A stretch of 63,922 nt of DNA, counting the filler, from an uncultured bacterium (GTDB lineage Bacteria > CAYUVA01), in assembly GCA_964448115.1 (NCBI GenBank). It is 4 parts of 4 records of this genome, joined end to end, with 100 filler letters (N's around TTAATTAATTAA, not from the genome) between each part and the next. Parts side by side here need not be neighbours in the genome. Positions count along the whole stretch, not along the records: positions 22,601 to 45,081 come from CAYUVA010000059.1; positions 45,182 to 60,182 come from CAYUVA010000063.1; 2 more parts are not named here. The stretch is one strand, 5' to 3'. The notes below the pieces were generated by a model. The model ran no database searches. It was not told the DNA's origin and worked only from the letters and a program-made list of their open reading frames with translations. A program made the translations under genes and the position numbers. Of this stretch, positions 38,409 through 48,186 are shown piece by piece; the stretch's first letter is position 1; each line of letters begins with the position of its first letter.

Positions 38409-41042
38409 ATGGAGTCAAGTAAGCCTGGACATCGCAGCCATAACCTGGGATGGATCCTCATCGGAAAAGCGTTCGTTTTTTTATTTTTATGGTGTATCTA
38501 CTTGATATCGTTATCTCCCGGCATATTCTTCGGGGACTCGCCGGAGCTTTGCGCCGCAACATATTGTCTAGGGATTCCCCATCCACCCGGCTACCACAGC
38601 TATTTGCAATTTCTTCGTCCGTTGACATTTATGCCGCTGGGTGATTTTGCCTATAGATGCAATCTTCTCTCGGCTCTATGTAGCGCGCTTTGCGCGGTCG
38701 TGGTGTATCTTTGCTCGTTCAGGCTTACCGGACGCTTAACACCTGCAATAATAGCTGGTATCTCCTTCGGGCTGGGTAGAGTTGTATTCTCGCAGGCTAT
38801 AATCACCGAGGTCTATGGATTGACCGCCCTACTATCAGCTCTGTTTCTGCTTGCCTTGATCTATATTTTCGATGGTCGTGGATCGAATAAACAGAGCCGT
38901 GAGCGTGAGCGAGCGGTTTCTTATAATATGCCACTCCCTAATGGTCGTGGCTCGGAGAAATCGAGCTGTAGCGGTGTAATAAGCTCAAGGGTTATAGCGC
39001 TGGCTGCTTTTATCCTAGGCATCGGCATCGGGGTACATAACACATTTTTCTTGTACATTGCCATTTTCATTACCCTGCTTGTTTTTCTTTGTATCAAGGT
39101 TAAACGATGGTTGCATATGGTGAGTGGAGCGGTCTTTTTTGCGCTCGGCGCATCAGCGGCTATCTATATTCCAATGCGCAGCCTTTCCTCTCCAGCAATA
39201 AACTGGGCAGATGTCCATGATCTCAATGGACTGCTGCACCATCTATTCAGGCTCGATTACACCGAGCTTATGCCCCAGACTATAACCATCGCCTCGCTAA
39301 TCGGTGCAAGTAGAGGCTTATTCGAGATAATCAATGGCGAGTATGGCATCATGGGGCTTTTTTTGATCGCAGCCGGCATCGTGGCTGGCTTATTACTAAA
39401 GCAATCAAGGCGCGGATTAGCCCTAGTTGCCCTTTTTTTCCTATTCAACACTGCGAGCTTCCTGATGCTGCTCAACTTCCCCCCTAATGCAGGGTATCTA
39501 TATTTGGTAAGGGTATTTTTCATCCCCGCATTTATCAGCCTGAGCATTATGATCGGCTTCGCATTTTATGCCTTGCAAGCTGCACGCAAAGAAAGCAAAG
39601 GAATAAAGGGGATCACGCAAAGACGCAAAGACGCAATGGAGAAATTTGGGTCATCCGAGTTACGAACAGCCGATATCCGAGCCACGACCGTCAGGAAGTG
39701 GTCATATTTTGTCCACTCACCCACGCGCCCTGCTCAGGTTTTATTATGTGCCCTGCTCATAACTGCCTGGTGTTTGTGGCTCGCAGCGGCGCGAACAAAC
39801 GAATCATTGGCTGACTTTTATCTTACCAGCGACTACGGTAGGGCGATCCTGGACACCATCACTTACCAGGGCATCTACATCAACTCCGGCGACAACCAGC
39901 TATTCCCAACCACATACATGAAGCTGGTGGAGCGGTATCGCCATGATGTTATCATCTTCGAACAGACCGGGCATTTCTTCAGGGCAGAGCTGATAGAGCT
40001 AGCCAAAAGGCTCGGTATGAGAAATCCGACCGACTGGAAGGAACTGGAAAAAAGATTGTTGGCAAGTGATAGGCACCGGGTCTTTTATTCGCTCATGTTC
40101 GATGAGCCAGGCAAGAGATACTACCCTTATGGATTAACCTCGATACCAGATTGCTCCAATCTGGAGCTACTTGAGCTAATGCCTGATCCTTGGCAACTAT
40201 ACACCTTGCGTAACCTGCAACATGCTCCAGGTGATTACATGGCAAACGAGATCAGGGCAAAGATCGCGCTGCATCGAGCAGCCGCTTGTCGATATGAAAA
40301 CGATAATGAGTGCTATGAAAAGCAGCTTGCCAACGCTGAAAGGCTGGGAGGGGAGAACAAGTATATACTGTTTTACCTGGGCAATTTCGCCCTGCAGGAG
40401 GGGGATTATCGCCAAGCCAGGGATCATCTTGAGAGGGCATTGGAGTTAGATCCTCTGATTAAAGGAGCTCGCAGCCAGTTGGGGCTGGTTTATGGAAAGC
40501 TCGGAATGGATGGGTTGGCGATCGATGCTTACAAGCAAGCCTTGGAACATGGCGAGCGCAGCGCCGAGGTGCACTTCAACCTGGCAAATGCCTTGAGGCG
40601 CTTCGGGAGGCTAGAGGAGGCTGAAAAGCAATATCTTGAGGCTCTGCGATTGGATAAGATGCTAATCGATGCCTACAACAACCTGGGTAACCTCTATGAG
40701 ACGCAGCGCCGCTACCAGGAGGCGATGGAAATATACATGCAAGCGCTCAAGATGCAGCCCGAATCAGCCATGCTGTATAACAACCTCAGCATAGTGCTCA
40801 GCTACCTGGGGGAGTATGATACCGCGCATCAAGTGTTACTAAAGGCGCTGAGCATAAAGGAAGATCTTTGGGCAGCTTACTGCAATCTGGGCGGAATCTA
40901 TCTGAATCACACCAAGGAACTGGAGAAAGCCATCTATTGCTACAAGATGTGCTTGAAATGCGAGGATCTAACCATCGAACAAAGGAAAAAGGTTGAGGGC
41001 ATCTTGGAAAACATTGCCCCGGCGAACAAGTCAGACTTATAG
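38409..41042 (+). CDS. DUF2723/TMEM260-like GT-C membrane protein with C-terminal TPR repeats
   Basis: GDSPEL...LGIPHPPGY, QAIITEVYGL, INWAD, GDNQLFP motifs; about 6 TPRs at the C-terminus. Confidence 0.85.
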   Translation: MESSKPGHRSHNLGWILIGKAFVFLFLWCIYLISLSPGIFFGDSPELCAATYCLGIPHPPGYHSYLQFLRPLTFMPLGDFAYRCNLLSALCSALCAVVVYLCSFRLTGRLTPAIIAGISFGLGRVVFSQAIITEVYGLTALLSALFLLALIYIFDGRGSNKQSRERERAVSYNMPLPNGRGSEKSSCSGVISSRVIALAAFILGIGIGVHNTFFLYIAIFITLLVFLCIKVKRWLHMVSGAVFFALGASAAIYIPMRSLSSPAINWADVHDLNGLLHHLFRLDYTELMPQTITIASLIGASRGLFEIINGEYGIMGLFLIAAGIVAGLLLKQSRRGLALVALFFLFNTASFLMLLNFPPNAGYLYLVRVFFIPAFISLSIMIGFAFYALQAARKESKGIKGITQRRKDAMEKFGSSELRTADIRATTVRKWSYFVHSPTRPAQVLLCALLITAWCLWLAAARTNESLADFYLTSDYGRAILDTITYQGIYINSGDNQLFPTTYMKLVERYRHDVIIFEQTGHFFRAELIELAKRLGMRNPTDWKELEKRLLASDRHRVFYSLMFDEPGKRYYPYGLTSIPDCSNLELLELMPDPWQLYTLRNLQHAPGDYMANEIRAKIALHRAAACRYENDNECYEKQLANAERLGGENKYILFYLGNFALQEGDYRQARDHLERALELDPLIKGARSQLGLVYGKLGMDGLAIDAYKQALEHGERSAEVHFNLANALRRFGRLEEAEKQYLEALRLDKMLIDAYNNLGNLYETQRRYQEAMEIYMQALKMQPESAMLYNNLSIVLSYLGEYDTAHQVLLKALSIKEDLWAAYCNLGGIYLNHTKELEKAIYCYKMCLKCEDLTIEQRKKVEGILENIAPANKSDL
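38870..38955. repeat. REP-like inverted repeat pair inside a CDS
   Basis: GAGCCGTGAGCGTGAGCGAGCGG (38894-38916) and CCACTCCCTAATGGTCGTGGCTCGG (38931-38955); related copies at 39677-39701 and intergenic 59940-59964. Confidence 0.7.
39585..39725. repeat. Composite repeat insert inside a CDS
   Basis: CACGCAAAGACGCAAAGACGCAA tandem plus CCGAGCCACGACCGTCAGGAAGTGG (22/25 identical to the reverse complement of 38931-38955). Confidence 0.65.
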
Positions 41043-41057
41043 CTGTTTAATCAAGCA

Positions 41058-42158
41058 ATGGAAGCATCAGGGTATCTGCAATCGCTGGTTGACCAGCGGG
41101 TAATTCCCGGCGCAGTATATTTATATTGGAGGCAAGATGATGATTGCCATACAAGAGCAGTTGGCTTTATGTCCAGGGAACCTGGCGCAAAGCCGATGCA
41201 GATAGATGCCCTCTTTGACCTAGCCTCGCTCACCAAACCAGCGGTTACGGCAACTGCAATTCTCACCCTTTCCGATGCCGGCAAGTTGGACATACGAAAA
41301 CCGGTGTCCGATTACCTTCCGGTGTTCAGGAAATCAGCATATAGGGATGTAAGCATCCAGGAGTTTGCGCTTCATACAAGCGGCTTGCCTGCCTGGCTTC
41401 CGGTTTATAGCCTGTGCAGTAATGCGCAGGATGTCCTTGCAGCTATCGCCTCCATGAAGCCAGCCTATCGACAAGGGAGCGAGGTTCGCTATAGCTGCCT
41501 CGGATACATAGTGCTAGGGAAACTAGTGGAGACGATAAGCGGACAGGATCTCTACGGTTACGCAAGGGAGAACATCTTCGAGCCTTGTGGTATGAATGAT
41601 GCCTGCTTCAATCCGCCCTTTATGCTCAAAGCCAAAATCCCTCCTACGGAGAAGGGAAATGCTTATGAACAACAATTGTGTAGGGATCTTGGATACGAGC
41701 CGCTGTTGCGAGAAGGGCTGATCCACGGAGAGGTACACGATACCAACGCCTGGTTCCTGGGCGGCATAAGCGGGAATGCAGGGCTGTTCGGAAGCGCTGA
41801 TGATCTTAGGAGATTCGGCATGATGCTCCTAAACAATGGAAGGGGGCTGAGCAGTCGGGTCTTGTCCGAGAACTCGGTGCGGTTGATGATGGCTAACCTG
41901 ACCACGAGGCTGAACGAGCATCGTAGCTTGGGCTGGATGCTAGCCAGCACTAAAGGAAGTAGCGCCGGGTCTCGGATGTCCCAAAGCGCCTTCGGGCACA
42001 CCGGCTTTACTGGAACATCGCTCTGGATAGATCCTGAGAAAGAGATTATTTGTGTTCTGCTCACTAACCGTATCCATCCCAGGGTCGATGCGAACCTCGA
42101 CATGACTGGTATCCGCGCCAGGTTTCATGATATGCTTTTAATGGAACTAGACCAATGA
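41058..42158 (+). CDS. Serine hydrolase, beta-lactamase class C-related
   Basis: FDLASLTK (SxxK), YSCLGY, GEVHD.NA, FGHTGFTGT. Confidence 0.9.
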   Translation: MEASGYLQSLVDQRVIPGAVYLYWRQDDDCHTRAVGFMSREPGAKPMQIDALFDLASLTKPAVTATAILTLSDAGKLDIRKPVSDYLPVFRKSAYRDVSIQEFALHTSGLPAWLPVYSLCSNAQDVLAAIASMKPAYRQGSEVRYSCLGYIVLGKLVETISGQDLYGYARENIFEPCGMNDACFNPPFMLKAKIPPTEKGNAYEQQLCRDLGYEPLLREGLIHGEVHDTNAWFLGGISGNAGLFGSADDLRRFGMMLLNNGRGLSSRVLSENSVRLMMANLTTRLNEHRSLGWMLASTKGSSAGSRMSQSAFGHTGFTGTSLWIDPEKEIICVLLTNRIHPRVDANLDMTGIRARFHDMLLMELDQ

Positions 42159-44644
42159 TGCGCATCTTACAGGGTATATTGCTGAGCCTTATCCTTTTAT
42201 TTTTGATCTGCGTGTTGGGAGGTCTCGGCGCGGGGATCTATATTGTCCAGAGGTACAGCGCGGATCTCCCTGATGTGGATAAGCTAAAGGAATACAAGCC
42301 TTCGCTGGTGAGCAAGGTATATTCCCGCGATGGTGTTCTCTTGAGCGAGTTCTACCTGGAGAAGCGCTTCTTAATTCCCATATCATCGGTTCCGCAGGAT
42401 CTAATAAACGCCACCATAGCCATCGAGGATAGCGATTTTTACCAGCACGGCGGCATCAACCTACGCGGCATCATGCGAGCTATGATAGCTAATATCAAGG
42501 CAGGGCGGATTGTTGAGGGAGGCAGCACCATTACCCAACAGCTCGCCAGAAGCCTATTCCTTAAGCACGAGGTCTATATCAAACGACAAAAGGGGAAAGG
42601 GGAAGTAAAAACCGTTTATGCGAGGAAATATTCTCGCAAGATCAAGGAGATACTCCTTGCCTTGCAGATGGAGCGCAAGCTGGGCAAGAAAGAGATCCTA
42701 CAGATGTACTTCAACGAGATCTACTACGGGCACGGCGCTTATGGCGTGGAGGCTGCTGCCATGCACTACTTCGGTAAGCATGCTTATGAGCTGGATACGC
42801 TAGAATGCATAGCCATTGCCGCACTCCCCAAGTCCCCTAATGGATACTCACCCTTCAGAAACCCGCATAGAAACAAAAAAAGAAGGTCGCTGATCATCGA
42901 CAGGATGGAGAAGCTAGGATACCTAAGTGCAGAAAAGGCAGCCGAGCTGAAGCATGGACAGCTCAAGTTAGCCAAGCCATCGGATCGCATAAACATGGCA
43001 CCTTATTTCGTAGAGTACATCAGAAGATGGCTGGAGGATTACTTCGGCAGCGCAGCGGTCCACACCGGCGGATTAAAGGTGCATACATCGCTCGATTCAA
43101 AGCTGCAAGCAAAGGCTGAACAAGCGCTGGAGAAGGGGCTGCGCGAGTTGGACAAACGACAGGGATTCCGGGGGGCTATGGACCTTAACCTGGTAGCGCT
43201 GATGAAGCATGAAAATACCTATACCAAAGGCTCAATTATTACTACCAAGATAACAAGAGTGGAGAACGATAAGATAATCACCCAGGTCAGGGATGCTGAG
43301 GGAATAATTGATGCCAAGGGATACGAATGGACAAAAGAAAAGAGCCTGGTCGGTATCCTTAAACCAGGGGATTGGTGCCAGGCAAGGATACTCGAAACGC
43401 CTGCTGATGATAATCCCTATTACTTGCTTTCATTGGAGCAGGAACCGCTGGTGGAAGGATCGCTGCTTTGCATGGATGTGCATAATGGTGAGATCCTCGC
43501 CTGGGTGGGTGGACGCAGCTTCGACCGCAGCCAGTTTGACCGCGTCTATCAGGCAAAACGACAGCCGGGAAGCTCGTTCAAGCTTTTCATCTATACGGCA
43601 GCCCTAGATACGAAATATACGCCCGCAACCATAATCTACGACTCGCCGATAATCGAGGAAATAATAAAAGATGAGGAGGAACCAGAAAAGCAGCAAAAAC
43701 TGGAAGATAAGCTAAAGGAGATTGAAAAAAGCCCCCAGGAGGAATCCGAGCCGAAGGCTAAAGAGCTGTGGAAACCGGCTAATTACAGCGAGAAGTTCTA
43801 TGGACCGACCACACTACGAGAGGGCTTGGTCAAATCACGCAACCTGGTTACAATCAAGCTACTTAACATGATAGGCGTAAAGCTGGCAGTGCGATACGCC
43901 AAGATGTTCGGCATCGAAGGTGAGCTGCGCGAGGACCTATCACTTGCGCTCGGCTCATCCGGAGTCAGCCTCTATGAGATGACCAGAGCCTATAGCACGA
44001 TACCTGCGATGGGCGTGCAGGCTGAGCCGATGCCAATACGCTACATCAAGGATCATCAGGGGAATCTCATCTACGAGCGCATTCCAGTAACACGCAAGGT
44101 GATCCCTGATACCACTGCTTACCTCATGGCGGATATCTTATGCGATGTGGTCGATGAGGGCACTGCCTGGCGAGCCAGGGCGCTGCACAAGCTGGTCGGA
44201 GGCAAGACGGGCACTACAAACGAGTACAAGGACGCATGGTTCATCGGATTCTCACCAGATATCTGTACTGGAGTCTGGGTCGGCTTCGATGAGCCTAAGC
44301 CGTTGGGAGATAAGGAGACCGGCTCCAGGGCAGCTTTGCCTATATGGGTCGATTTCATGGCTGCTGCCCTAAAGGACAAAGATCCCAAGCCATTCGAACC
44401 ACCTGACCAGGGCATTGATATCATCGGCATCGATCCCAGGTCTGGACTTATCTCGACTGACAGATGCTCTGAGGTGGTTAACGAGATATTCATCGAGGGC
44501 AAGAAGCCGGTCGCACCATGCAACCTGCACGGCTTCAAGGAGGATCAGCTAGTGATGATGGACCTCGGCTTGGGTGATGATAGTTCCTCTAAAGAAGAGG
44601 CAACGGAGCTTATCAGTCAACATCCCTACGATCTGCCCGATTGA
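42155..44644 (+). CDS. mrcA: Class A penicillin-binding protein (PBP1A family)
   Basis: EDSDFYQH, GGSTITQQLA, RKIKE transglycosylase motifs; RQPGSSFK, SRN, KTGTTN transpeptidase motifs. Confidence 0.92.
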   Translation: MMRILQGILLSLILLFLICVLGGLGAGIYIVQRYSADLPDVDKLKEYKPSLVSKVYSRDGVLLSEFYLEKRFLIPISSVPQDLINATIAIEDSDFYQHGGINLRGIMRAMIANIKAGRIVEGGSTITQQLARSLFLKHEVYIKRQKGKGEVKTVYARKYSRKIKEILLALQMERKLGKKEILQMYFNEIYYGHGAYGVEAAAMHYFGKHAYELDTLECIAIAALPKSPNGYSPFRNPHRNKKRRSLIIDRMEKLGYLSAEKAAELKHGQLKLAKPSDRINMAPYFVEYIRRWLEDYFGSAAVHTGGLKVHTSLDSKLQAKAEQALEKGLRELDKRQGFRGAMDLNLVALMKHENTYTKGSIITTKITRVENDKIITQVRDAEGIIDAKGYEWTKEKSLVGILKPGDWCQARILETPADDNPYYLLSLEQEPLVEGSLLCMDVHNGEILAWVGGRSFDRSQFDRVYQAKRQPGSSFKLFIYTAALDTKYTPATIIYDSPIIEEIIKDEEEPEKQQKLEDKLKEIEKSPQEESEPKAKELWKPANYSEKFYGPTTLREGLVKSRNLVTIKLLNMIGVKLAVRYAKMFGIEGELREDLSLALGSSGVSLYEMTRAYSTIPAMGVQAEPMPIRYIKDHQGNLIYERIPVTRKVIPDTTAYLMADILCDVVDEGTAWRARALHKLVGGKTGTTNEYKDAWFIGFSPDICTGVWVGFDEPKPLGDKETGSRAALPIWVDFMAAALKDKDPKPFEPPDQGIDIIGIDPRSGLISTDRCSEVVNEIFIEGKKPVAPCNLHGFKEDQLVMMDLGLGDDSSSKEEATELISQHPYDLPD

Positions 44645-44925
44645 CCTAGATACGCCTATTATATCCTGTATCGCTGCTGCAATGCCCCCCTTTTGTCATG
44701 CCAGCCCAGGCGGAAATGACAGAGCAGCTCTGAAGGATTGATTTAATTCGCATTGTGATGCTGTTAGAAATCGCCTCCTAAATGCACTAGTTATGCAAAA
44801 TAACTAAATTTTCTTCTTCATATAACCAATCCCAATTGAACTAATCGTAACTTTTTTTTTTCACAATGTTGACTTCTTGCCTTAAATATGATAAGTAGAT
44901 ATACGAATCATATTAGGAGGGATCC

Positions 44926-45081
44926 ATGAACCCTAAATTAAGCCCGAAAATCCTTGAAAAAAGGATAAAAGCTAAGCTGAAACAGATCGCTGAAGTGGAT
45001 AAGCCACTCATCGCTGCTTCGCTGGTAAAAATCAAAAGAAGATTCCCTCGATTGAAAATCTGCCTTCTTTTAGACTCGCTT
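44926..45081 (+). mobile_element. Possible IS/transposase remnant at a contig end
   Basis: AGGAGG SD; ORF ends in RRFPRLKICLLLDSL, which resembles a DDE transposase segment; truncated by the gap. From recollection only. Confidence 0.3.
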
Positions 45082-45181
45082 NNNNNNNNNNNNNNNNNNN
45101 NNNNNNNNNNNNNNNNNNNNNNNNNTTAATTAATTAANNNNNNNNNNNNNNNNNNNNNNNNNNNNNNNNNNNNNNNNNNNN
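45082..45181. other. Artificial contig-joining spacer
   Basis: N44-TTAATTAATTAA-N44. Confidence 0.97.
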
Positions 45182-45199
45182 ATTGTATGGCAAAAAGCG

Positions 45200-45600
45200 T
45201 TTTTTAACCACCAAGGCACAAAGGCACTAAGGGGAAGTGATACCGTGATATGGTGATAGCGTGATATCGTTGCAGGAGTGTTGTTTAAGGGGGCAACTTC
45301 CTTATCCGAGCATTGATTGTAAGCAAGCGGTCAAGTAATGGTGTTGCAGGGATTATACACCCTGTCTCCCCCAGGGGCGAGCCACCCCTCTTCTATCATT
45401 CCCGCCCCGCACTTGATGCGGCGCAGGAATGACAGTTGGAGGGGGGATGATGGATGCCTGCATGCGCGAGAATGACAAGGGCTGGATGCCCGCCGAAGTT
45501 TACCTGGCACTTGGTGCGGCGCGGGAATGACAAAAGGGGGGGGGGTAATAAACTCCTAAACGAGAAACAAGAAACTAAAAACAAGGAACAAAAGACGAGA
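45200..45600. repeat. Cluster of short REP-like and tandem repeats
   Basis: TTTTTTAACCACCAAGGCACAAAGG (24/25 to the reverse complement of 53125-53149); (GTGATANN)x4 at 45237-45268; three ...GAATGACA-ending palindromic units at 45396-45532; degenerate AAACNAG heptamers at 45558-45599. Confidence 0.65.
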
Positions 45601-45630
45601 AGCTTTCCATCGTCTATATTGCTTCTACAT

Positions 45631-45855
45631 TCAGGAGGAATGGATCGCCTGGATAGTCAAAGGGAATTTTGCCTTGAACTCTTCGAGTATTGCCTTTACA
45701 TCATCCTCGAATCGAGGCGAAATCGAGATACGAAGGATGCCCTGATCAGCATCGATTGTGGAGACAAGAGCTATGCCCTCATAACTCTCAATAATATGAA
45801 CGATATAGGCGATCTTGTCCCTACTTACCTTTATAAACAGGCTTTGGGTATCCAT
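45631..45855 (-). CDS. DUF4911-like small protein
   Basis: IAYIVHIIESYEGIALVSTID pattern; downstream of grpE on the same strand. Confidence 0.65.
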   Translation of the reverse strand: MDTQSLFIKVSRDKIAYIVHIIESYEGIALVSTIDADQGILRISISPRFEDDVKAILEEFKAKFPLTIQAIHSS

Positions 45856-45874
45856 ACAAATACGATCTATCGGG

Positions 45875-46474
45875 CTATCGGGAGACGATGACCATGGCAG
45901 GTCTGAGAAGCTGATCTTTGTACAGGTATCCCTTTGATAGCTCCTCGACTATTGTATTAGGCTCGATATCATCCCTGTGCAAGGTCGCTACCGCCTCGGC
46001 GTATTCAGGATCGAACTGCTCTCCGACAAGGTCCAGTACCTTGATCTGTTCGCTTTCCAGGATGCTGAGGAACTCTTTATATATCAGCTCGAGTCCTTGG
46101 ATTATCGTCTGCGGAGCGCCCGATTCTCTAGCGGACTTGATTCCGTTTATTATTACATCTCCAATGGGCAAGAATTCTCTAAAGCACTCTGCTTTGGTTC
46201 TTTGTTTACACTGCTCGATATCATTATAGTGTCGTTTCTTATAATTATCGAATTCTGCCATAAGGCGCTGGTAACGATCCTTTAACTCTTCAGCCTCCTT
46301 AACCTTTTGGAGAAGCTCAAGATATTCGGCAGTGGTGATGGCTGTAGGCAACCCTTGCTTCGTTGGATCGTCCGATGATTCAGCATTATCATCGGCTGTT
46401 AGCGCGGAGTTACTCCCATCTTCGTTCTCGATATCATCAATAGTTATCTTTATGTCATCATTCGATTCGCTCAT
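45875..46474 (-). CDS. grpE: Nucleotide exchange factor GrpE
   Basis: RLMAEFDNYKKR, GEQFDP, KGYLYKDQLLRPAMVIV. Confidence 0.95.
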   Translation of the reverse strand: MSESNDDIKITIDDIENEDGSNSALTADDNAESSDDPTKQGLPTAITTAEYLELLQKVKEAEELKDRYQRLMAEFDNYKKRHYNDIEQCKQRTKAECFREFLPIGDVIINGIKSARESGAPQTIIQGLELIYKEFLSILESEQIKVLDLVGEQFDPEYAEAVATLHRDDIEPNTIVEELSKGYLYKDQLLRPAMVIVSR

Positions 46475-46566
46475 AGTTTCCTATATTAACATTTATAATA
46501 GTTGGAAAGTTTCATTGTCTGGGATTAAATTGCGCGACAAATAGACTTTCGATGGTTTGCAATTGT

Positions 46567-46962
46567 CTATTTTTCCGAGGTTTCTTGCTTGTTCTTGGCG
46601 TAAGTGAGATACTCGATGATGACCTGCTCCAATGTTTTTTCAGATAAAAGATTGTGCACCATCTTATTGATGTATGTATCCTCGTACCTGCCGGCTTTGA
46701 CTCGGTTTATTACAAAGGTATGCTGGCATTCCATCAATGCCTCAATGACAGCGTCCTTCTGTGGCAGATCGGATATATCTCCATGCGGTGTAACCATGCT
46801 GTTGTGCACCCTGCCAGACAGGTAGATGAAGGTCTGTACGCTTGGATAGTTACTCAATTTGCTCGGTTGGGTTACAACGATATACCGCTTCAGTTCTTTG
46901 CCATCATCATACTCGACCTCGGTCATGAACCTTTCAAGTTGCTTTCTATCCCCTAGTGCCAT
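46567..46962 (-). CDS. Hypothetical protein (131 aa)
   Basis: Natural-looking composition, same strand as grpE; no motif recognised. Confidence 0.6.
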   Translation of the reverse strand: MALGDRKQLERFMTEVEYDDGKELKRYIVVTQPSKLSNYPSVQTFIYLSGRVHNSMVTPHGDISDLPQKDAVIEALMECQHTFVINRVKAGRYEDTYINKMVHNLLSEKTLEQVIIEYLTYAKNKQETSEK

Positions 46963-47085
46963 TTCGCTTTAAGCCCTTTCTTCCCATGGTACACTTAACT
47001 AAAGAAAAATCAAGTCTAAGGAAGTGCTATTTTTATTATTAAACTAATTCTGAAGATGGGATGATGTCTCTTTGTTGAAGAGAAG

Positions 47086-47115
47086 TTGACATTAGGCATT
47101 CGATCCGCTTAAGCT
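47086..47115 (+). promoter_or_regulatory. Candidate sigma70 promoter
   Basis: TTGACA-N18-TAAGCT upstream of the epimerase gene. Confidence 0.4.
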
Positions 47116-47154
47116 AATAAGGTTATATTTTGAAGATGCAAATCTAAATAACAG

Positions 47155-48186
47155 GTGAAAGTGCTCATAACAGGCGGGGCGGGGTTCATCGGATGCAACA
47201 CCGCCCAAAGATTCATCCAAGATGGACACCAGGTGATCATCATCGATGATCTCTCCAGGCGGGGAAGTAACATAAACCTAAAGTGGCTTCACCGCCAAGG
47301 CAGCCTCGAATTTCACCAGCTCGATATCGCCGATTACCAGTCGCTGGAGCCTGCGCTAAAGCGATATGACAGATTGGATGCAATAATCCATCTAGCAGCG
47401 CAGCCAGCGGTTACCACCTCCCTTGATAACCCGCGCCGGGACTTTTTAACCAATGCCCTGGGCACATTCAACATGCTGGAGATTACCAGGCAGCGCTACG
47501 CAGAGGCAATTTTCATCTATTCATCGACCAACAAGGTCTATGGTGCCCTGGAAGGGCTTTGCCTACAGGAGGGTGATAAACGCTACCAGGCTCCTGGGCT
47601 GCCTGCTGGGGTCGCGGAATCGGCGCAGCTCGACTTCCACTCCCCCTACGGATGCAGCAAGGGAGCAGGCGACCAGTATGTGCGCGATTACCACCGAATC
47701 TTTAATTTGCGCACCGTGGTCTTCAGGCAGTCTTGTATCTACGGCTATCGGCAGTTCGGCGTGGAGGATCAGGGCTGGGTTGCCTGGTTCGCTATCGCAG
47801 CCCTGCTGGGAAAGCCAATCACCCTCTACGGCAACGGCAAGCAGGTTCGAGACATTCTATTCATCGACGATCTGGTCGAGCTATACATAATGGCTATTGA
47901 GCGGATCGACCGCATAAGCGGCGAGATTTTCAACATCGGTGGCGGAGCCGAGAATGCCCTATCGCTGATCGAGTTCCTTGAGCTGCTCGAAGCAAAGGTA
48001 GGGACTAAACTAAAGCTTGGCTACCAAGGGTGGCGCCCCGGCGACCAGCCCCTTTTTATCTCAGATAACTCCAAGGCGAACGATGCAATCGGCTGGAAGC
48101 CAAGGACCAACTATAGCAAAGGCATCGAGAAGCTCATTCGCTGGATAAAGGAAAATCTCAACACCATCAGGGGCTTTTACGAGTAA
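47155..48186 (+). CDS. NAD-dependent epimerase/dehydratase (CDP-paratose 2-epimerase-like)
   Basis: TGGAGFIG, SSTNKVYG, SPYGCSK (YxxxK), RQSCIYG, EDQGWVAWF. Confidence 0.9.
   Translation: MKVLITGGAGFIGCNTAQRFIQDGHQVIIIDDLSRRGSNINLKWLHRQGSLEFHQLDIADYQSLEPALKRYDRLDAIIHLAAQPAVTTSLDNPRRDFLTNALGTFNMLEITRQRYAEAIFIYSSTNKVYGALEGLCLQEGDKRYQAPGLPAGVAESAQLDFHSPYGCSKGAGDQYVRDYHRIFNLRTVVFRQSCIYGYRQFGVEDQGWVAWFAIAALLGKPITLYGNGKQVRDILFIDDLVELYIMAIERIDRISGEIFNIGGGAENALSLIEFLELLEAKVGTKLKLGYQGWRPGDQPLFISDNSKANDAIGWKPRTNYSKGIEKLIRWIKENLNTIRGFYE

Noticed and set aside
41058-42158. Antibiotic-resistance beta-lactamase
   Set aside because: Motifs fit the broad serine hydrolase family, there is no signal peptide, and coupling to PBP1A suggests cell-wall turnover instead.
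45396-45891. ORFs 45396-45584 (-) and 45454-45891 (+)
   Set aside because: Translations of repeat DNA and antisense of the DUF4911-like gene.
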